Of a stretch of DNA of 64,000 nucleotides, positions 58,930-64,000 are shown piece by piece (the stretch's first letter is position 1; each line of letters opens with the position of its first letter). The notes beneath the pieces were generated by a model. That model did not search any database, was not told the DNA's origin, and saw only the letters and a list, made by a program, of their open reading frames with translations. The position numbers were made by a program, and so were the translations under genes. This DNA comes from a bacterium (lineage in GTDB: Bacteria > Verrucomicrobiota > Kiritimatiellia > CAIVKH01), in NCBI GenBank assembly GCA_043802525.1, contig JAZDKY010000075.1, positions 267-64,266 of the forward strand, written 5' to 3'.

Positions 58930-60372
58930 TTATGTCCGGAGGAGCCTGAATTGCGATGGATCGAGGAATCCGTCCAGCACGGACTCGATGGAGAGCGTTG
59001 AAAGCGGGCCCGGCTCGCTAATCGCGAGGTCTTGATAGATCGTCAGCAGGCGTTGCGCGTAGGTGTCGGGACCGAACTTGTCGCGCACAACCGCCTGGTT
59101 CCGGGCGATCGTCGCAGCCGGAACCGGCTCTTGCGCAAGGCGCGGAGGCTGGAGCAGGGCAGCCGCGTCCGCGTCGTTTGCGACGCGGCGGATCACGTCG
59201 CGCTGCATCGCTTCGTCCAGCCGGCCGAAATCGACGGTGTCGCGCGAGTCGAGTCCATGGCAGGCCTTCTCCAGGGCTCCTGCGGGCAAAGGCCTGCCGT
59301 ACGCCTCAAACAGGCGTTGAAGACCCTCGTCCACGGACTGCCGCATGCGATCGATGCCGATCCATTCCACGGGAACCAGCAGCGCGTTGTAGAGGTTGTC
59401 CAGCTCCAGGCCGGCCTCGGCCATGTCCAGGGTGACGTCCGGGATGTTGCGTCCGTGCAGAGGGCGACCCGAGAGCCACGGTTCGAGGAAGGCGAGCCCG
59501 AAGCCTTCGGCCACGCTCGTGGTCACGATGGCTGACGCCGCGCGCATGAGGTCGGTGAGCGACCATTGCCGTCGTGTGCCGACCTCGAATTCCACGGGCA
59601 GCCGGAGCTCGCCGGCAAACTGGACCCAACTGTCGTAGTACACCCGTTCCGCTGGATTATTCGGTGCGAGCGTCGTGGCCCATTGAGCGCCCGGCTCGGA
59701 CAGCGCGGACCAGAGCAGGAATTCGCCGAGGTTCTTTCGGCGGATCGCGCGCGTGGGATACACGAAGAAAGGAGGTCCTTCCGGCGGCGGCAGCGTCTCG
59801 CCGTCTGTGACGCAGTTGGGAAGATGGTGCGCGAAACCGGCCGGCAGCCCCGCCTTGGTGAGGAGGGCCAGGTCGCGCAGGTTCAGCAGCGCGTAATGAA
59901 CGTGGGGGGCAACGGGGTAGAGGACGTGCGCCATCGCGGTGACGCTGCCCCGTCCGACCTCGTCGACGAGTTTGCGGAAGTTCCCGGGTCGCCCGTCTTC
60001 GGCGAAGTCGTGGATTTGCAGCAGCAGTTTTTTTCCGCGACGCGCCAGCTCGTGCAGCGCGCACGGAAGCAGCCCGCTTTTGCCGACCGCATGGTTGTGC
60101 ACGTGCAGGATATCCGGCTCACCGCCGAGCGCCTCGCGCGCCGTATCCAGCAGTGCGTCCGCCAAGCCGGCGGGATCGCCGTCGTCGTCGTAGTCCAGTC
60201 CCGGCACGGTCCGTACAGTCCCTGCGCGCTCCGGCCCGGGCTCGGCGCCGCAGAGTACGACGGTCTGCACATCGTGCGCCTGCAGCGCGGCGACGGCGCG
60301 TTCGATGACGGTGGTCACGCCGCCGGGACGCAGGTGGTAGTGGACGATCGCGACGCGAAGGGGCGGGCTCAT
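58930..60372 (-). CDS. GT-B (GT4-like) glycosyltransferase
   Basis: N-terminus LRVAIVHYHLRPGGVTTVIERAVAAL. The C-terminal half has a GT-B Rossmann fold. 4-nt overlap with gpgS. Confidence 0.55.
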   Translation of the reverse strand: MSPPLRVAIVHYHLRPGGVTTVIERAVAALQAHDVQTVVLCGAEPGPERAGTVRTVPGLDYDDDGDPAGLADALLDTAREALGGEPDILHVHNHAVGKSGLLPCALHELARRGKKLLLQIHDFAEDGRPGNFRKLVDEVGRGSVTAMAHVLYPVAPHVHYALLNLRDLALLTKAGLPAGFAHHLPNCVTDGETLPPPEGPPFFVYPTRAIRRKNLGEFLLWSALSEPGAQWATTLAPNNPAERVYYDSWVQFAGELRLPVEFEVGTRRQWSLTDLMRAASAIVTTSVAEGFGLAFLEPWLSGRPLHGRNIPDVTLDMAEAGLELDNLYNALLVPVEWIGIDRMRQSVDEGLQRLFEAYGRPLPAGALEKACHGLDSRDTVDFGRLDEAMQRDVIRRVANDADAAALLQPPRLAQEPVPAATIARNQAVVRDKFGPDTYAQRLLTIYQDLAISEPGPLSTLSIESVLDGFLDPSQFRLLRT

Positions 60373-61412
60373 GGACGGCGACCAAACTTCTCCTGGTACG
60401 CGGGAATCGTGATCATCGGGGGACGCTCCTCCGCCCTGATCGCGTGCTCGCTGAGCTGGTATCCGCTCTCCCGGTCCGTGAACTGCCGGAGTATGTTGCT
60501 GAACGCATCTACGCCGCGGGCGAGGCCGAACTGCTCGAGGCGCGCGTTGAACGTCTGCAGGATGCCGAACGCCATGCGCCCGAGCGCCTGCGTGTCCTGG
60601 TTGCGGTGGATCCGCTGGCCGAGGTCGGTCTGCCCGATGGCATCAAGTCCCCAGCGCCGGTATACGTCCAGCAGGTGCGCGGTTTCCACGCCGTACCCCA
60701 CGGGGAACGCCATCTGCTCCAGCGCCTCGCGCCGGGCGGCATACTCGCCCGAAAGCGGCTGGATCAACGCAGTCAGTTCGGGGAAGTACAGCGCAAAGAG
60801 CGGCCGGACCAGGATCTCGGTCACGCGCCCTCCGCCGGGCACGCGCACGCCCTGCTTCAGCGTCAGCGGCCGATCGTAGAAGCCCTTCACATACTCAATT
60901 TCCGGCCGGTGAATGAGCGGTCCGACGAGGCCGTACACGAAGTGGGGCCGGATGTTGGCGATGTCCGTGTCGATGTACACGATGATGTCGCCTTTGAGCT
61001 GGTAGATGGCTTTCCAGAGGTTCTCGCCCTTCCCCTTTTTTTCTCCCAGCTTGGGCAGGATGTCGTGGGACAGGTAGACGTCCGCGCCGTACTCCGCGGC
61101 GATCTCTCGCGTGCGGTCGGTGGACCCCGAATCCAGCACGGCGATTTCATCGAGCAGCGGCTGGCGGGTCATGAGCTCGGACTTGAGCAGCACGACCTCC
61201 TTGCCGATCGTCTTCTCCTCGTTAAGCGTGGGCAGGCACAGCGAGATGGTGACGCCGCGTTTCTGCTTCTCCGCCACGAGGCCTTTCAGATCGGCGAACT
61301 GGTCGCAGCGGTACGTGTTCGTCTCGAGCCAGCCGTTGACGCGACGCGAGATGTCGCCGGTTACTTCCGCGCGCTTTCCGAACAGCTTGCGTAGCCAGGA
61401 ACCGGTCTTCAT
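60369..61412 (-). CDS. gpgS: Glucosyl-3-phosphoglycerate synthase (GT81)
   Basis: ISLCLPTLNEEKTIGKEVVLL...VLDSGSTDRTREIA...YIDTDI (DxD) and the C-terminal YQEKFGRRP are typical of GpgS/MpgS-family GT81. Confidence 0.7.
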   Translation of the reverse strand: MKTGSWLRKLFGKRAEVTGDISRRVNGWLETNTYRCDQFADLKGLVAEKQKRGVTISLCLPTLNEEKTIGKEVVLLKSELMTRQPLLDEIAVLDSGSTDRTREIAAEYGADVYLSHDILPKLGEKKGKGENLWKAIYQLKGDIIVYIDTDIANIRPHFVYGLVGPLIHRPEIEYVKGFYDRPLTLKQGVRVPGGGRVTEILVRPLFALYFPELTALIQPLSGEYAARREALEQMAFPVGYGVETAHLLDVYRRWGLDAIGQTDLGQRIHRNQDTQALGRMAFGILQTFNARLEQFGLARGVDAFSNILRQFTDRESGYQLSEHAIRAEERPPMITIPAYQEKFGRRP

Positions 61413-62581
61413 GATGCCGGGAGGCCTCCGTCAATGGCCTGCAACAGCGCGACGAGCTGGGCCATGCCGGTCGCCATGGGCGGGATGGCCACGGACTCAT
61501 CGATCTCGTCCAGCTCGCTCTTGCGTTCGCCCGTGGTGATGCCGACCGTCAGCGACGGGATCTTCGCGTCGCGGAGGGCCGCCATCAGCGACGTTGTCGC
61601 GTACAACTGCGGCTGGATGCTGAGGGCCGTCAGGATGTCGCGCGCGGCGCGAACGAGAGGATGCGAAATGTCGAGTCCGCCCGGCTCCCGCTGTGCAACC
61701 GTTTCGAATTTCATCTGTACCCCCGCCTGCGCGGCGACATCCTCGGCGATGTCGTCAATCTGCTGGGCGGTCTGTTTCAGGATGTCGAGCGACTCACTGC
61801 GCAGCTCGAAGCGCAGCTTCGTTTCCCGTGCGACGTTGTTGTAGGTGAATCCACCGTCGATCGCGCCCATGATGATGGAGGTCAGCGGGCGGCGGGGCAG
61901 GGGGATGCGGCTGATCCGCTGGATGACGTCGCTTATGGGAATGATGGATCCTGTCGATCCGTACTGCTCCCAGTTGAAGTTGTCGGGGAGGCGCGCGACA
62001 ATTTCGCCGCGCAGCATCCCCATACACGTGTAGTTCAGGCGCCCGAGCTGAACGCTTTCGACGCACAGACCGGCGGCGTAGGGGCCGGGGCGGTCGGAGA
62101 GGAATCCGCGGATGCCTTCGAGGTTGCCGCGGCCCAGGCAGCGCGCCGCGGCGACGACCTGGATGCCCGAGCGGAACCGGAGCTGAAGCTTGTCGAGAAG
62201 CAGGGGGAGCACCGTGAGCGCCGCGAGCGCGATGCAGTTGTCGCCGACGAACGGGCCCACGGCGCGGTCGCTGTGGATCTCAATGGTCTGGTCGCGCGCG
62301 TCCTCGACGACCGTGTCCGCGTTGACGGCGACGAGCGTGTTCGGGCCGTTCTCCGTGCCGGGCAGGATCGCGGACACGGTGCCCGTGGCATCCAGCACGC
62401 AGTTCTGGTAGCCAGCCTCGGCCAGGCGCCCCATCAGAAAGTCGACGCGCTGGTCCTCCCGGAAGGTTGGGGCGGGAATTTCACCGATGAGCGTAACGTC
62501 GGCGAGCAGGAGATCCTTAATGCTCCCGGCCGCCTCGCGAAAGCGGGTGAGGTCGGTCGTTATGGTTTCGCCGTTCTGCAT
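61409..62581 (-). CDS. M20-peptidase-fold protein (ArgE/DapE-like) with a degenerate metal site
   Basis: Two-domain M20 architecture with a dimerisation insert. The canonical H.D metal motif reads NADTV (Asn in place of His). Confidence 0.45.
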   Translation of the reverse strand: MQNGETITTDLTRFREAAGSIKDLLLADVTLIGEIPAPTFREDQRVDFLMGRLAEAGYQNCVLDATGTVSAILPGTENGPNTLVAVNADTVVEDARDQTIEIHSDRAVGPFVGDNCIALAALTVLPLLLDKLQLRFRSGIQVVAAARCLGRGNLEGIRGFLSDRPGPYAAGLCVESVQLGRLNYTCMGMLRGEIVARLPDNFNWEQYGSTGSIIPISDVIQRISRIPLPRRPLTSIIMGAIDGGFTYNNVARETKLRFELRSESLDILKQTAQQIDDIAEDVAAQAGVQMKFETVAQREPGGLDISHPLVRAARDILTALSIQPQLYATTSLMAALRDAKIPSLTVGITTGERKSELDEIDESVAIPPMATGMAQLVALLQAIDGGLPAS

Positions 62582-63074
62582 ACAGACAACTGAATGGCGC
62601 GACACGCATCCCCGATGAGTACCCTCGCTTGATTCCATTTAACCGGAACTTCGCCGCATCTGTCTAGTGGAACCGCCCGAAAGGGCGATATATATTTACC
62701 GGTGCTGCGAAGGGTCTGTCTGAGATTCGACCATTGAAGGTAGGGCGCGCGGTTCCCGCCAAAAGCGGGCGAGCCTCGTGCGCCGCCCCTCGACCGTGTT
62801 CGGAACAGGTGGCGGACCGGGATACGCCTTCGCTCGGAAGATCTGAAACTTGAACCGCTTGCGGTTCATCCGGAAATCTTCTCCGTTCTCTTTGGTGTGA
62901 GACTTCAAGCTGGGATTGACGTTTCTCATCTGAATGACCCGGCCGCAGACCGGTGGCCGGACTACGGTGAGGCACGCGGTCCGTCCTGCCACGAAGAAAT
63001 AAATTTCAAACTGATCCCGTGCCGCGGAACGCGCGGGTGTTGACGCCCGGTGCAATTCGTGTTCTTTTGAGGTC

Positions 63075-64000
63075 ATGGATTGGATCATGCACTTGCACAT
63101 GGCGACGATTGCGGGAAACGAACTCTGGCGGATCGGCAGCTTTTCCGCGTTCATACTGGCTGGCCTTGTGATCGGACGCGTCGGGCGCTGGCTGTTTCTT
63201 GTCGGGAGCGAGCGCATGCGCCGTCTTGGACGCAGCCTGGTTGCCGACGCGCTCGACGCGCTCGCGCCGTCCTCGGTTTTCCTGTGTTTTGCCTTGGCCC
63301 TGCGCATCGGTGTCATCTGGCTGACCATCCCGGAGCGCTTCATGCCGGCCGTCCAATCGACGGGCGACGTCCTCGTCGCGCTGGCGATCGGGTTCACCGC
63401 CTATAACCTCGTGTCGATCGTCGAGCTGGCGCTCCGGCGCCAGTTCCCGGACGTGACGGGCGTGGGCGGCATGGTGATCCCGCTCGTGCGGAAGAGCATC
63501 CGCGTCACCGTGGTCATCCTGACGATTCTGCAGGTGGCGACGATCCTGAGCGACAAGCCGGTGACATCGCTCCTGGCCGGCCTCGGTGTCGGCGGCCTGG
63601 CCGTCGCGCTGGCCGCGCAGGAAACGATCAAGAATTTCTTCGGCTCGCTCGTCATTTCCGCCGACCGGCCATTCGAGATCGGCGACCGCGTCGTGGTCGA
63701 CGGATTTGACGGCCCCGTAGAGGATGTCGGGTTCCGCTCGACCCGCATCCGTACCCTGGAAGGCCACCTCATCACGATTCCGAACGGGGAACTGGCGAAC
63801 AAGACGATCCAGAACATCGGCAAGCGGCCCTACATCCGTCGCAACACGGTCATCTCGGTCACGTACGACACGCCGCCGGATAAAGTCCGCCGCGCGTTGG
63901 AGATCCTCCGCGAACTCCTGCGGAACCACGAGGGGCAGCAGCCGGACCTGCCGCCGCGGGTTTTCTTCGATCAGTTCGGCGCCGCCTCGCTCGACCTGCG
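63075..64000 (+). CDS. Mechanosensitive channel MscS-family protein; 5' partial, continues beyond the window
   Basis: Frame-0 translation gives three TM helices, then GLGVGGLAVALAAQETIKNFFGSLVI..DRPFEIGDRVVVDGFDGPVEDVGFRSTRIRTLEGHLITIPN, the MscS pore and beta-domain signature. No stop before 64000. Confidence 0.75.
   Translation, partial: MDWIMHLHMATIAGNELWRIGSFSAFILAGLVIGRVGRWLFLVGSERMRRLGRSLVADALDALAPSSVFLCFALALRIGVIWLTIPERFMPAVQSTGDVLVALAIGFTAYNLVSIVELALRRQFPDVTGVGGMVIPLVRKSIRVTVVILTILQVATILSDKPVTSLLAGLGVGGLAVALAAQETIKNFFGSLVISADRPFEIGDRVVVDGFDGPVEDVGFRSTRIRTLEGHLITIPNGELANKTIQNIGKRPYIRRNTVISVTYDTPPDKVRRALEILRELLRNHEGQQPDLPPRVFFDQFGAASLDL

Overview
This is a high-GC (about 65%) bacterial chromosomal window of 64 kb. 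It carries about 60 protein genes, one tRNA-Pro(TGG) and no rRNA or CRISPR. The gene content suggests a PVC-superphylum-like (Verrucomicrobia/Planctomycetes-type) organism: an L,L-diaminopimelate aminotransferase gene (dapL) beside dapF, PEP-CTERM-like anchors, ECF sigma factors, Ser/Thr kinases and a bacterial topoisomerase VI. Housekeeping genes include mazG, dapF, dapL, nth, pnp-rpsO, ssb, an lpxC-like gene, and a gpgS-type glucosylglycerate cluster. These are interleaved with accessory material. (1) A lower-GC islet at 6.5-9.5 kb holds a YefM-YoeB toxin-antitoxin pair, an ORF6N/KilA-N protein and a nucleotidyltransferase-fold protein. (2) A sulfotransferase/APS-kinase pair sits next to a sigma-54 activator and a glycosyltransferase/sulfatase-like cluster. 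(3) A BlaI/BlaR1-type module has an atypical sensor domain and a low-GC trio of small membrane proteins. (4) An ECF sigma/anti-sigma operon drives two periplasmic proteins that share a CsgG/LpoB-like domain, one fused to a caspase (C14) domain, with a Ser/Thr kinase next to it. (5) The topoisomerase VI B and A subunit genes lie about 9.5 kb apart. The DNA between them is an accessory island bracketed by direct copies of an unusual element: a four-helix-bundle (TIGR02436-like) gene flanked by inverted arms built from tandem hexanucleotides (ATTACG/ATTAGG). A third, truncated copy has GGGAC-type arms. (6) Many small palindromic MITE-like elements share a common core but have different short tandem-repeat termini ((CACGAAA)n, (CTCTGCG)n, (CCAATAA)n). 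tRNA-Pro is followed by a MazE-MazF fusion remnant and preceded by a partial tRNA duplicate, which looks like an integration scar. Coordinates follow the supplied ORF track where possible. Non-ORF features are approximate to a few bases. All functional calls rest on motif recognition in the translations, with no database search.
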